NCBI GenBank assembly: GCA_963696385.1
Contig: CAVOKF010000008.1
Span: forward strand, 736,001 to 800,000
Direction of reading: 5' to 3'
From: an uncultured delta proteobacterium
Lineage (GTDB): Bacteria > Myxococcota_A > Polyangia > Polyangiales > Polyangiaceae
DNA length: 64,000 nucleotides
Positions 49,658 to 59,688 of the stretch are shown here, piece after piece; position 1 is the first letter of the stretch; the number at the start of each line of letters is the position of its first letter. The position numbers and the translations under genes were made by a program. The notes under the pieces were generated by a model. It saw only the letters and a list, made by a program, of their open reading frames with translations. It was not told the origin of the DNA and did not search any database.

Positions 49658-50764
49658 ATGCGTGCCATGAACGTGCGTCCGCCGCTCGCGAGCCTCGTAG
49701 AGAGCCTCGCCGCTAACGTTCCTTTCGTCGCGCCCGACGCGATCGAACGCCGCAGCGGCAGGCCGCTGCGGTTGCGGCTGGGCGCCAACGAAAGCCTGTT
49801 CGGACCTTCGCCGCGGGCGGCGCAGGCCATGCGCGTCGCGATCGAACGCGTCGCCCACTACGGAGATCCCGAGAGCGCGGCCCTGCGGGCGGAACTCTCC
49901 ACCATCCATGGTGTTCCCCCGAGCCATCTCGTCGTCACCAGTGGCATCGACGACTTGCTGGGGCTCGCGGTGCGCGCATTCATCGATCGCGACGCAGTCG
50001 CGGTGACGTCGCTCGGGGGATATCCCACGTTCGGTTATCACGTGCTCGGTTTCGGCGGCCGCCTGGATCGCGTTCCGTATCGTGACGACTTCAATGATTT
50101 GCCAGCGCTGTCCGAAAGAGCGCACAAGTCGAATGCGCGCCTGGTCTACCTCGCCAATCCCGACAACCCCAGTGGCACGTGGCATTCCGCCGCGGCGATC
50201 CGTGATTTCTCCGACAGCCTTCCTTCCGACAGCGTGCTCTTCTTGGACGAGGCGTACATCGAATACGCGCCGCCCGGAACGGCTCTGCCGATCGACTCCG
50301 CCAACCCCCACGTCATCCGGTTGCGAACGTTTTCAAAGGCCCACGGCATGGCCGGGGCCCGCATCGGTTACGGGATAGCCGCGCCGGAGACGATCGCGGC
50401 ATTCGACAAGATTCGCCATCATTTCGGGGTCAACGCCGTCGCGCAGGCGGGCGCCCTGGCGTCTCTGGGAGATCGCGCCCACGTCGACGAAGTGGTCGCC
50501 CAGGTCGCCGAGGGGCGGCGCGACTACGCCGATTTGGCCAGAAGCCTCGGGTTGGCCACTCTGCCTTCGGCCACCAACTTCGTGGCCATCGACGTGGGCA
50601 GCAGGACCCGCGCCGAAGCTCTGCTGAGCGCCCTTCAAGATCGCGGCGTCTTCGTCCGTACACCGGCCGCGCCTCCGCTCGACCGATGCATTCGGGTGAC
50701 GGTCGCGCCGGCGGCCGACCGAGCCGAGTTTGCCCAAATTTTTCGCGATCTCTGGCGCCAGTGA
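49658..50764 (+). CDS. Class I/II PLP aminotransferase, HisC-like
   Basis: LGANE, ANPDNPSG, LDEAY, RTFSKAHGMAGARIGY. Confidence 0.9.
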   Translation: MRAMNVRPPLASLVESLAANVPFVAPDAIERRSGRPLRLRLGANESLFGPSPRAAQAMRVAIERVAHYGDPESAALRAELSTIHGVPPSHLVVTSGIDDLLGLAVRAFIDRDAVAVTSLGGYPTFGYHVLGFGGRLDRVPYRDDFNDLPALSERAHKSNARLVYLANPDNPSGTWHSAAAIRDFSDSLPSDSVLFLDEAYIEYAPPGTALPIDSANPHVIRLRTFSKAHGMAGARIGYGIAAPETIAAFDKIRHHFGVNAVAQAGALASLGDRAHVDEVVAQVAEGRRDYADLARSLGLATLPSATNFVAIDVGSRTRAEALLSALQDRGVFVRTPAAPPLDRCIRVTVAPAADRAEFAQIFRDLWRQ

Positions 50765-50876
50765 GCGCCTTACGAATCCGGTCGCCGGAGGTGAGGCGCG
50801 CGCCCGAAGGGCGCGTCGAACGCGGATCTGCCGAAGGGGCGCACGCGCGTCGTTCGGCGCGACGTTCAGCGCATGC

Positions 50877-52019
50877 TCAGGGGGATGCCGCGCCGGACTT
50901 CGCCACCACGCGATCCGGGTACAGAGAAGCGAGGCCTTCGCGACTTGCCGCGACCACTCCGCGCTCCGTGATGAGAGCCGTCACCAGGCGCGCCGGCGTC
51001 ACATCGAACGCGTAGTTCGACGCGCTCGAGGTCGTCGGGTGGATCCGGACCCTCTCACGGACCATCGCGCCCTCGGCCCGATGAGGCGTTCGAGTGGCGA
51101 TGCCCTCGACGCAATGGACCTCGGCCGGATCGCGCTCCTCGATCGGAATCGAGGTCAAACCGTCTTCGGCCGCCCAGTCGATCGTCGGGTAGGGTAAGGC
51201 GACGTAAAAGGGGATGCCGTTGTCCATGGCGGCCAATGCCTTCAGATACGTTCCGACCTTGTTGCATACGTCGCCGACAGCGGTGACACGATCGGTGCCG
51301 ACGATGCAGACATCGACCATCCCGTGCTGCATCAAGTGCCCGCCGGCATTGTCCACGACGACGGTATGCGGCACTCCGTGCTGGCCAAGCTCCCAGGCCG
51401 TGAGAGCCCCCTGATTGCGCGGTCGCGTCTCGTCGACCCAAACGTGCACGGGAATGCCGGCATCGTGAGCCATGTAAATGGGTGCGAGCGCCGTGCCCCA
51501 ATCGACGGTCGCGAGCCATCCGGCATTGCAGTGCGTGAGAACATTGAGTCGTTGGCCCGTCGGCTTGCGCTCGTACAGGACTCGCAGCAGAGTCAGGCCG
51601 TTTCGGCCGATCGCCTCGTTGATGGCAACGTCCTCGTCGCAAATCGCCGCCGCTCGCTGCCAGCCGACATCGTGACGCCGGTCCAACGGAGCGGCGACGA
51701 CCGCGCGCCGGACTTCCTCGATCGCCCATCGCAAGTTGACCGCCGTGGGTCGAGTTGCGACAAGCTCCAGGCAGGCGCGATCGAGGACCGCATCGGACGG
51801 GTCGTCGCGCAAGGCGAAACAGACCCCGTAGGCGGCCACGGCGCCGATGAGCGGTGCACCGCGGACCCACATCTCGCGAATCGCTCGAGCGACATCCTCT
51901 GTCGTGGCGAGCGTCGCAGAGACGAACGCATGCGGCAATGCCCGCTGATCGATAATCTCGATCGACCGGCCGTGGTTCGCGGCAACAATCGAGCGCCGAT
52001 GGACGCCAGCCACCCTCAT
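50877..52019 (-). CDS. mtnA: Methylthioribose-1-phosphate isomerase
   Basis: IDQRALP, MWVRGAPLIG, RPTAVNL, LTHCNAGWLA, ETRPRNQG, FDVTP. Confidence 0.96.
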   Translation of the reverse strand: MRVAGVHRRSIVAANHGRSIEIIDQRALPHAFVSATLATTEDVARAIREMWVRGAPLIGAVAAYGVCFALRDDPSDAVLDRACLELVATRPTAVNLRWAIEEVRRAVVAAPLDRRHDVGWQRAAAICDEDVAINEAIGRNGLTLLRVLYERKPTGQRLNVLTHCNAGWLATVDWGTALAPIYMAHDAGIPVHVWVDETRPRNQGALTAWELGQHGVPHTVVVDNAGGHLMQHGMVDVCIVGTDRVTAVGDVCNKVGTYLKALAAMDNGIPFYVALPYPTIDWAAEDGLTSIPIEERDPAEVHCVEGIATRTPHRAEGAMVRERVRIHPTTSSASNYAFDVTPARLVTALITERGVVAASREGLASLYPDRVVAKSGAASP

Positions 52020-52783
52020 GGCGCGTCGATGGGCGTGACGGCGTCCGCGGGCTCCGGCGCCAGACGGTCACGCTTGCCCTCGATGATCCACCGCGAGAGC
52101 CAGACATCGACTTCATTGAAGTCGCGCGCCAGCGGGTGGCCCTGGCAACCCGGCGTGACGCGTTCACGATCGAGCCGGATCGCGGCCATTCCGGCCTCGC
52201 GAGCCGCGTCGAGCTCTGACTCGGTGTCGGAAAGGAACAGAACCGAGCCGGCCGCCATTCGGATTTCAGAGGCGATCCGCGCGTACGAGGCCGAGTCGCG
52301 CTTCGGACCGGTGTTCGTGTCGAAGAAGCCGGCAAAGAGCGGCGTGAGGTCTCCGTACGCGGTATGGGCAAAGAGGAGCCGCTGCGCCGCGACCGATCCC
52401 GACGAGAAGACGTAGAGCGGAAAGCCGCCCGCATGCCACGCGCGCAGGTGGGTGACCGCATCTGCGTAGACGTGTCCCTGAAATGCTCCCGTTCGGTAGC
52501 CCTCAGCCCAAACGTAGCCCTGCAGCGTCTTGAGCGGCGTAGCCTTGCGATCTTCGTCGATCCATCGGCACAGGATCGCGACGATGGCCTCTTCGTCGAG
52601 CAGCGGGTGTCGCTCGTGCGCGCGCACGCCTTCGAGGATGGCGGCCAAGCCGGGCTCGCCTCGATGGGCCCTCACGTAGTTCGGTATGCGCTGTCGTGCA
52701 AATGGGAACAAGACGTCCTTGACGAACGACAGGCTGCTCGTCGTGCCCTCGATGTCGGTCAGGATGGCGGGCATGGGAGACAT
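52016..52783 (-). CDS. mtnC: Enolase-phosphatase E1 (acireductone synthase)
   Basis: TDIEGTT, FVKDVLFPFA, DRKATPLKTLQG, SSGSVAAQ, LFLSD. Confidence 0.95.
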   Translation of the reverse strand: MSPMPAILTDIEGTTSSLSFVKDVLFPFARQRIPNYVRAHRGEPGLAAILEGVRAHERHPLLDEEAIVAILCRWIDEDRKATPLKTLQGYVWAEGYRTGAFQGHVYADAVTHLRAWHAGGFPLYVFSSGSVAAQRLLFAHTAYGDLTPLFAGFFDTNTGPKRDSASYARIASEIRMAAGSVLFLSDTESELDAAREAGMAAIRLDRERVTPGCQGHPLARDFNEVDVWLSRWIIEGKRDRLAPEPADAVTPIDAP

Positions 52784-52821
52784 CGAACCAGGAAAAACCG
52801 TCACGCTTGCTCGAACGCACG

Positions 52822-53367
52822 TCAATCTTCGAATTTCGGAAAACGCTGGGCGATGTCCGCGCCCGTGAAGCGCGCGACCCAGCCGTCGGCATTCGTGAAC
52901 AGGCGTATCGCCGCGAACCGAGGCTGAGGTCCCATATCGAACCAATGCGTCGTTTGGGCCGGAACGCTGATCAGATCGCCACGCTCACACCGCACGGTGT
53001 ACACGTGGTCGCCGATGTGCAGATAAAAGGCGCCCGCGCCTTCCACGAAAAAGCGGACCTCGTCCTCCGAGTGGGTGTGCTCGTTCAAGAACTTGGCTCG
53101 CATCACGTCTTTCTGTGGATGGTCCGGCAGCATCCGCACGACGTCCACCGACCGATAGCCGTGGGCCTGCATCAGCCGGTCAATGTCGCGTCGATAAGCG
53201 TCGATGACGGTTGCTTCGTCGGCAGTCGGCGCAAACTCGGCCGCCGCTTGCCAGCGCTCGAAGCGGACGCCGGCCCTTTCGAGATGCTGGGCGATTTGCT
53301 TGCCATCGGCGGTATCGATGGGAGAGTCCGCGGGGGATTCGTGATGATACACGCGCAGCCTGCTCAT
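52822..53367 (-). CDS. mtnD: Acireductone dioxygenase
   Basis: KFLNEHTHSEDEVRFFV, GDLISVP, HWFD. Confidence 0.96.
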   Translation of the reverse strand: MSRLRVYHHESPADSPIDTADGKQIAQHLERAGVRFERWQAAAEFAPTADEATVIDAYRRDIDRLMQAHGYRSVDVVRMLPDHPQKDVMRAKFLNEHTHSEDEVRFFVEGAGAFYLHIGDHVYTVRCERGDLISVPAQTTHWFDMGPQPRFAAIRLFTNADGWVARFTGADIAQRFPKFED

Positions 53368-53615
53368 GAACCTTGCCCGCCTCGAGCGCCCATGAGCTTG
53401 CGTCGTCTCCCGCCCCCGCCGCAGCGCTTGCGCGCTCCTCGTGATCTCCGCTCAGGGTGTCTCGGATGCACGCGCCATCCTCGCACACTCGGAGCCCAAA
53501 GGGCAGTCTGACTCGGTGCGACCAAGACCGGCAGCCCAACGCCGGCGCAAAACGGCGGGACCGCTTGCCGGCCAAGGCGATCGAGCATGAAATACGGCAA
53601 AAGCCGCATACTCAT
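53364..53615 (-). CDS. Possible 83-aa ORF bridging mtnB and mtnD
   Basis: ATGA overlaps at both ends; Arg/Gly-rich, no recognisable motif. Confidence 0.3.
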   Translation of the reverse strand: MSMRLLPYFMLDRLGRQAVPPFCAGVGLPVLVAPSQTALWAPSVRGWRVHPRHPERRSRGARKRCGGGGRRRKLMGARGGQGS

Positions 53616-54220
53616 CGCCGAAGATTTCTCTTTACCAGCTCGCACGCAAAGAGAAACTCGAACGTTTCGACGGAGCGCAAGGCTTCCTCCATCGTCGTGC
53701 CCCAGGTGTAGAGGCCATGCCCGCGAATGAGATAGCCGGGATACGGCGCACTCTTCCAGCGCTCCGTCACGCTGCCGGCAAGAGAGACCATATCCTGCGT
53801 GTTGTCGAAAATCGGCACGGATACGATCGTATCGTGTGTAGAAATGCCCGGAAAAGCTTTGAGTAGCTCGTATCCTTTCAGCTCGAGAGCGCATTTCCCA
53901 TCGGACTCCAAGCCGAGCACGGTACTGTGGACCGAGTGGGTGTGAACGACCGCCCCCACGCTCGGATCCAGCCGGTACATCACCGCGTGCAGCGGCGTCT
54001 CGGCCGACGGGCGTCGATCGTCGGTCGGTCTGCCGTCGTAGTCGACCAACATGACGTCCGCCACGGTCAAACGACCCTTGTGACGCCCCGACACGGTGAT
54101 GGCGATGTGCAAGGGATCGAGGCGTATAGAGTAGTTTCCTGCCGTCGCCGGCGCCCACCCGCGGGCATCGAGCCATTGGCCCGCGCTTGCGATGAGCGAT
54201 GCGGCCTCTGCAATGTGCAT
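53612..54220 (-). CDS. mtnB: Methylthioribulose-1-phosphate dehydratase
   Basis: GWAPATAGNYS, SGRHKG, PSAETPLH, HTHS, GHGLYTWG; GGAGA RBS. Confidence 0.95.
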   Translation of the reverse strand: MHIAEAASLIASAGQWLDARGWAPATAGNYSIRLDPLHIAITVSGRHKGRLTVADVMLVDYDGRPTDDRRPSAETPLHAVMYRLDPSVGAVVHTHSVHSTVLGLESDGKCALELKGYELLKAFPGISTHDTIVSVPIFDNTQDMVSLAGSVTERWKSAPYPGYLIRGHGLYTWGTTMEEALRSVETFEFLFACELVKRNLRR

Positions 54221-54555
54221 CGTAAGGTCTCCGCCGAACCGCGCGGGTTCGCCCAACCATTTGCCCCGATGGTAGCCGGACGCACGCGCCGATGCACCGC
54301 TCGCAGGGCGACGACGGCGCGGCAGGGCCCACGCTGTCGGCCTCCGGAAACCGCATGCTCGTTTCCGAAAATCGGTCGGCAGCGGGGCGCGAGTTCCCGG
54401 CGGGCGATGCGCTTTCTCGCTTCGTTCGACGAAATCCCCAGAGGCGTGCGCGCGGGTCCGAAAGTTGCTGACCGGTGCGGCGTCGAGCGTCACCGATTCG
54501 CTTATCGGAGCTCACACCCGCAATCGGCTTACGGCCGCCATTCGGAGACACCGGA

Positions 54556-56832
54556 ATGATGATTGGATTGAACTCGATGCGCCATGCCACTCTACTTGCG
54601 GCGGCCGCCTGGATCGGCAGCGCGGGTGCGACCGCGGTGGGCTGCTCGGGGACCTCGACCAGCGTGGGAGGCAGCGCGAACAGCACCGGTTCGAGCCCCG
54701 GGACCGACACCGGTGTGGTGGGCCTCGCCATTACGTTGCCGGGCGGTGAATCGGTCACGGACATCACCTACGAGCTCGTCGACAGCGCGGGATCGCCCGT
54801 GTCCATTCCTGGGGTGGCCAACCCGGGCACGATCGCGGTCAACGACAGCAATTCGATCGCCTTTCAGCTGGGCGGCATGCCTGCCGCCACCGGCGACTCG
54901 ATCCGCCTCACGGCCACGACGACGGGCGGAGCCAGCTGTCAGGGCAGCGCCAGCGGGATCCACGTCGCGGCGGGCGGGACACAGACCGTGGACGTCCTGA
55001 TGCTTTGCTCGCTTCCCGGTGCCGATGCGGGCAACCTTTTCGTCGCCGCCACCGCGAGCTACTGCGGCACGTGGACAGCGCTCTCGAGCGCCGGAAGCGA
55101 AGCTTACGTCGGAGAGACCATCACGCTGACGGCCACGGCGACCGGTCCCAATCCGACGAACCTCGGATACACGTGGACCATGTCCAATCCAATCGGCGTC
55201 TTCGGAGCGATCGAAGCCGACGGCGGAGTCGGCACTCCGGGTCACGACGAGGCCGTAGGCCCCTCCGACCCGATGACGCTTCTGTGCACGTCACCCGGAA
55301 CGACCACGGTCACGTTGGTCGTCGACGACGGACCGGTGCCCGCCGGCGCCGGAGCCTGTCCGACCCCCCTCAGCACCACGACCACGACGGTCGTATGCGA
55401 CCCGTACCCGGCCAATCAGGTCGAATCGGCCTGGGTGGAAATCGGCTCCGGGAACGTGGTCATCGCGCGTGCCCTTACCGCCCTAGCTCCGGCGGATGCC
55501 GGAACGAACCCCTGCCCGAACATCACGCTCAACGGCGGCGCGCCGCAGCCCATGAATCTTCGGGCCGCCGCGACCACGAGCCTGCCTCTGCGCACGACGA
55601 TCGTCACACCCAACAAGCCGTCGATGTTCCCCGTGAGCTCGTGCGAGCTTACCCTGCCCGCGGGCACGACGAGCGCCGTGGTCGCCGGACAGTCGCTCCC
55701 GCTTCCGAAAGCGAATCCGCAGAAGGTCGTCGTCCTCGGCGACACCGGTTGCCGATTGGAAGTTGGCAATGGGTTTCAGAATTGCAACGATCCGACGCAG
55801 TATCCCTTCGCCACAATCGCCGCTCTGGCTGCGGCGCAGCAGCCGGACCTCGTCCTGCACGTCGGCGACTACCAGTACCGGGAGACCGAATGCCCGCCGG
55901 GTATGTCCACCGCATCCGGATGCGGCGGAAGCCCGTGGGGCTACGGCTGGGACACCTGGGAGGCTGACTTTTTTACTCCCGGCGCACCCTTGCTGGCCGC
56001 GGCGCCCTGGATCATGGTGCGAGGCAATCATGAGATGTGCAACCGTGCCGGACAAGGCTGGTACCGCTTCCTGGACACCAATCCGTTCGATCCCGTCACC
56101 AAGAACTGCAACAGCGCGGCCAACGACACCATCGCGGCCGGTGGCAGCTACAACGACCCTTACCTGGTCTCGATCAACTCGAGCACCGAGCTCGTGGTCT
56201 TCGACTCGTCGGACGGCCCGAAGACTTTGCCTGCGACGAGCAGCGTAGCGTACACCACGTACCAGGCCGAGTTGGAGGCCGCGGGCGCTCTGCTGGCAAA
56301 CCCGCCGGCCGATATTTCGTTCAATTGGTGGGCCAACCATCACCCGATCCTGGGCTACGCCACGGCCACTCCGCCGGCCCTACCGGCTACGACTCTTCCC
56401 GGACTGGCTCCCATCTTCAACGCCGTGTTTCCGAACACGTACTTCCCGCCGAGCGTCAACCTGGTCCTGCACGGCCACACCCACGACTTTCAGGCCATCG
56501 ACTTCGCGCAGGGGACGGCGGCCGACGGCGGGATTTACTCGAATCCGGCGACGATCGTCAGCGGCAATGCAGGCGACTTGCTCGACGTCGCCCTTCCGTG
56601 GCCCATCAACGGGCCTGACCCTGGCGTGACCGTCGCGAGCGAAGGGGATGCCGGTGTCGTCGGTACCTCCATGGCCAACTCGGCCGCGTTCGGGTACATG
56701 GTCTTTGAGTATCAGAGCTCCAGCAACACCTGGATCGCGACGGAGTATCGAGTGGACAACAGCGTCCGAGACACGTGCACCGTGCAGACGAGCGGCCAGA
56801 TGTCTTGTGCGTCGTGGGGGTATTTGCCGTGA
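54556..56832 (+). CDS. Exported calcineurin-like metallophosphoesterase lipoprotein with N-terminal Ig-like extensions
   Basis: Lipobox AVGC; GDTGC, HVGDYQY, RGNHE, HHP, GHTH. Confidence 0.88.
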   Translation: MMIGLNSMRHATLLAAAAWIGSAGATAVGCSGTSTSVGGSANSTGSSPGTDTGVVGLAITLPGGESVTDITYELVDSAGSPVSIPGVANPGTIAVNDSNSIAFQLGGMPAATGDSIRLTATTTGGASCQGSASGIHVAAGGTQTVDVLMLCSLPGADAGNLFVAATASYCGTWTALSSAGSEAYVGETITLTATATGPNPTNLGYTWTMSNPIGVFGAIEADGGVGTPGHDEAVGPSDPMTLLCTSPGTTTVTLVVDDGPVPAGAGACPTPLSTTTTTVVCDPYPANQVESAWVEIGSGNVVIARALTALAPADAGTNPCPNITLNGGAPQPMNLRAAATTSLPLRTTIVTPNKPSMFPVSSCELTLPAGTTSAVVAGQSLPLPKANPQKVVVLGDTGCRLEVGNGFQNCNDPTQYPFATIAALAAAQQPDLVLHVGDYQYRETECPPGMSTASGCGGSPWGYGWDTWEADFFTPGAPLLAAAPWIMVRGNHEMCNRAGQGWYRFLDTNPFDPVTKNCNSAANDTIAAGGSYNDPYLVSINSSTELVVFDSSDGPKTLPATSSVAYTTYQAELEAAGALLANPPADISFNWWANHHPILGYATATPPALPATTLPGLAPIFNAVFPNTYFPPSVNLVLHGHTHDFQAIDFAQGTAADGGIYSNPATIVSGNAGDLLDVALPWPINGPDPGVTVASEGDAGVVGTSMANSAAFGYMVFEYQSSSNTWIATEYRVDNSVRDTCTVQTSGQMSCASWGYLP

Positions 56833-56839
56833 TCGGCGC

Positions 56840-58159
56840 GTGATCGGACGAGCCTCGAGCGGCAGTCGGCGGGGGTCCTTCGGGGCCGACGCCGCCTGCG
56901 TCGTTCTGTCGCTCGCATTCGCTGGGTGCGGCGACAGCTCTACGGCGGGCGCGTCGCGACCGGTCTCTTCCGGATCGCACATCACGGCGTCCGAGGCCCG
57001 TCCTGCAGCGATGGTTGCCCGGGTCGACCTGACACCACCCCGCCGGGTGCCCGAGCCGACCTCGCGCGAGCGTCTCGGGCGAGCGATCTTCTTCGATGCC
57101 CGACTGTCCAGTCCAGCGGGCGTGAGCTGCGCGACCTGCCACGACCCCGACAAAGCCTTTTCGGGCAACCACGGGTCGACCACCGGCGTCGCGCTCGGAA
57201 GCCGAGCGGGCCACTTTGCGCGCCGCAACACGCCTTCGGTTCTTTACATGAAGTACGTTCCGGTCTTTCACTTTGCCCTCGAGGACGACGACGATCTCGC
57301 CGAGTCGCCGTTCGGGGGGTTCACCTGGAGCGGTCGGGCCGACTCCGTAGCCGAATTCTCACGGCTGCCGCTTCTCGACGCCGACGAGATGAACAACGGC
57401 AGCGAAGCGGCGGTTTTGGCGAAGCTGAGAGACGCGAGCTACGCCGGCGAGCTGTCGCACGAGTTTCCCGGTGCCCTCGACGCGCCGGCACCGGCCCTGC
57501 GAGCGGTGGGCGAAGCCTTGCAAGCGTTCTTGACGAGCGATGCGATGTCTCCCTTCAGCTCGAAGTTCGATGACTTCTTGCGCGGGCGTGCCCGGCTCTC
57601 GCCTCTCGAGATGCGAGGGCTCAAGACCTTCGAGAATCCCGGCAAAGGCGCCTGCAACGCTTGCCACGTCGTGTACGACGCGTGGAACCGTCCCGAGGCG
57701 TCGCTCTTCACGAACTACGGCTACGACGCGCTCGGCGTACCGCGAAACCGCGCGGTGGCCGCCAACGCCGATCCGAACCGCTACGACCTGGGGCTCTGCG
57801 AGCGCGTACAGACCCGTGTCCCATCGTCGGATCCGCAGTGGTGCTTGCGGTTTCGCACCCCGTCGCTTCGCAACGTGGCCGTTCGCGAACGCTTCATGCA
57901 CAATGGCGTATTCTCCAAGCTACGGGACGCCGTAGCGTTCTACGCTACGCGGTCCACGAATCCCCATCTCTGGTACCCTTCGGGTGCAAAGTTCGACGAT
58001 GCGCCGCCCAAGTACCGTCGCAATGTCAACGTGGTCTCGCTCCCGTACAACGGAACCGAGGGTGCCGCCCCCGTGTTGAACGACGAGGACATCGACGCCA
58101 TCGTGGCTTTCTTGCAAACGCTGACCGACGAGCCGTACCGCAGCCGTACTCCTCCGTGA
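56840..58159 (+). CDS. Diheme cytochrome c peroxidase family lipoprotein (bCcP/MauG/BthA-like)
   Basis: Lipobox FAGC; LGRAIFFDARLS, CATCH, RNTPS, FTWSGR, CNACH, FRTPSLRNV, FMHNG, FLQTLTD. Confidence 0.92.
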   Translation: MIGRASSGSRRGSFGADAACVVLSLAFAGCGDSSTAGASRPVSSGSHITASEARPAAMVARVDLTPPRRVPEPTSRERLGRAIFFDARLSSPAGVSCATCHDPDKAFSGNHGSTTGVALGSRAGHFARRNTPSVLYMKYVPVFHFALEDDDDLAESPFGGFTWSGRADSVAEFSRLPLLDADEMNNGSEAAVLAKLRDASYAGELSHEFPGALDAPAPALRAVGEALQAFLTSDAMSPFSSKFDDFLRGRARLSPLEMRGLKTFENPGKGACNACHVVYDAWNRPEASLFTNYGYDALGVPRNRAVAANADPNRYDLGLCERVQTRVPSSDPQWCLRFRTPSLRNVAVRERFMHNGVFSKLRDAVAFYATRSTNPHLWYPSGAKFDDAPPKYRRNVNVVSLPYNGTEGAAPVLNDEDIDAIVAFLQTLTDEPYRSRTPP

Positions 58160-58239
58160 GGAATCGGGCGATCGCCGTCCCTCGGGTCAGGGCTGCGTTC
58201 GACGTGCTCCGAGGGTGCTTTTGGCGTAGGTGAAAGCGT

Positions 58240-58449
58240 GTGCCCTACGCGATGAACGACGATCTGCCCCCTTCGGTTCGGGATCACCTGCCGTCTCACG
58301 CGCAGGACATCTTCCGCGAAGCGTTCAATCACGCATTCGACCGATACGACGAAGCGACGGCTTTCCGCATCGCGTGGGCCGCGGTCAAGCGAAGCTACGA
58401 GAAGGTTGGATCGGAATGGGTGCCGCGGGGCCAGCCGTGGACTCGATAA
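58240..58449 (+). CDS. chaB: ChaB family protein
   Basis: PY...DLPPSVRDHLPSHAQDIFREAFN..AWAAVKRSYEK. Confidence 0.9.
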   Translation: MPYAMNDDLPPSVRDHLPSHAQDIFREAFNHAFDRYDEATAFRIAWAAVKRSYEKVGSEWVPRGQPWTR

Positions 58450-58623
58450 CCAAATCGGAATACGCCCTTGCGAGCCGACGCGACGTCGCCGTCGATTGAG
58501 GGACCGGCTTGACCGCGAGCTCTTCGCCGGGCGCCTGCTCACCGGGGCACGCCACTGCGTTCGACATTCCGCGCGCCGCCGGAGCGGCCGAGCTATCCTC
58601 GTGCACCCAACGCCAGGAGTACG

Positions 58624-59628
58624 ATGGAATACGCACGACTCGGTGCGACCGGCCTCAAGGTCTCTCGCATCTGCCTCGGGTGCATGAGCTACGGAGACCC
58701 CGACAGGACGTCGCCAGACGGCTCCCGGCGCTGGCCGTGGGCCCTGCGCGAAGCCGAGGCGCGGCCGTTTTTCGCGCGAGCGCTCGACGTCGGCATCAAC
58801 TTCTTCGATACGGCGAACGTCTATTCGGCGGGCGCGAGCGAGGAGGTGGTCGGCCGCGCGCTCAAGGAACTCGCGCGTCGCGAGGACCTCGTGATCGCCA
58901 CGAAGGTCCACGGCGCGATGAGCCCTGGACCGAACGGCCAGGGCCTGTCGCGCAAGGCGATCTTTCAGGAGATCGACGCGAGCCTGCGTCGGCTGGGAAC
59001 GGACTACGTGGATTTGTACCAGATCCACCGATGGGACAACGAGACACCGATCGAAGAAACCCTCCAAGCGCTCGATGACGTCGTACGCGCCGGCAAGGTC
59101 CGGTATCTCGGCGCTTCCTCGATGCACGCCTGGCAGTTCAGCAAAGCCCTTCACCTCGCGGAACGGCACGGTTGGGCCCGTTTCGTATCCATGCAGAACC
59201 ACTACAACCTGCTCTATCGCGAAGAGGAGCGCGAAATGACCGCCCTCTGCCGCGACCAAGGGATTGGCATGATCCCGTGGAGCCCGCTCGCGCGCGGACG
59301 CCTGGCACGCGGCGCGATACCCTCCGAAAGGACGCTGCGATCCCAGTCGGATCGTTTCGGCAAGTCCCTCTACGGGGTCTTCGCCGACGCAGACGCGCTC
59401 GTGCTCGAACGCGTGGACGCGGTCGCCAAGGCGCGCGGGGTACCGAACGCGCAGATCGCGCTCGCCTGGCTCCTGCGGCAAGAAGGGGTCACGGCGCCGA
59501 TCGTCGGAGCTACGAAGCTGCAGCAACTCGACGATGCCGTCGCTTCTCTCTCATTGAAACTTTCCGACGACGAGGCGCGTCGGCTCGAGGAGCGGTACGT
59601 GCCCCACGCCGTCGCAGGCTTTGCGTGA
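58624..59628 (+). CDS. Aldo/keto reductase (YajO-like)
   Basis: CLGCMSYG, FDTANVYS, IATK, DLYQIHRWD, PWSPLARG. Confidence 0.95.
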   Translation: MEYARLGATGLKVSRICLGCMSYGDPDRTSPDGSRRWPWALREAEARPFFARALDVGINFFDTANVYSAGASEEVVGRALKELARREDLVIATKVHGAMSPGPNGQGLSRKAIFQEIDASLRRLGTDYVDLYQIHRWDNETPIEETLQALDDVVRAGKVRYLGASSMHAWQFSKALHLAERHGWARFVSMQNHYNLLYREEEREMTALCRDQGIGMIPWSPLARGRLARGAIPSERTLRSQSDRFGKSLYGVFADADALVLERVDAVAKARGVPNAQIALAWLLRQEGVTAPIVGATKLQQLDDAVASLSLKLSDDEARRLEERYVPHAVAGFA

Positions 59629-59688
59629 GCGGGGTCGACGCGCTTGGCGAGCGCGCCCGTCGGGCAGCCCCATGCCGGCACGGTACCG

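Noticed and set aside
54221..54555. SAM/SAH riboswitch upstream of mtnB
   Set aside because: No consensus recognised by eye; an Rfam scan would be needed
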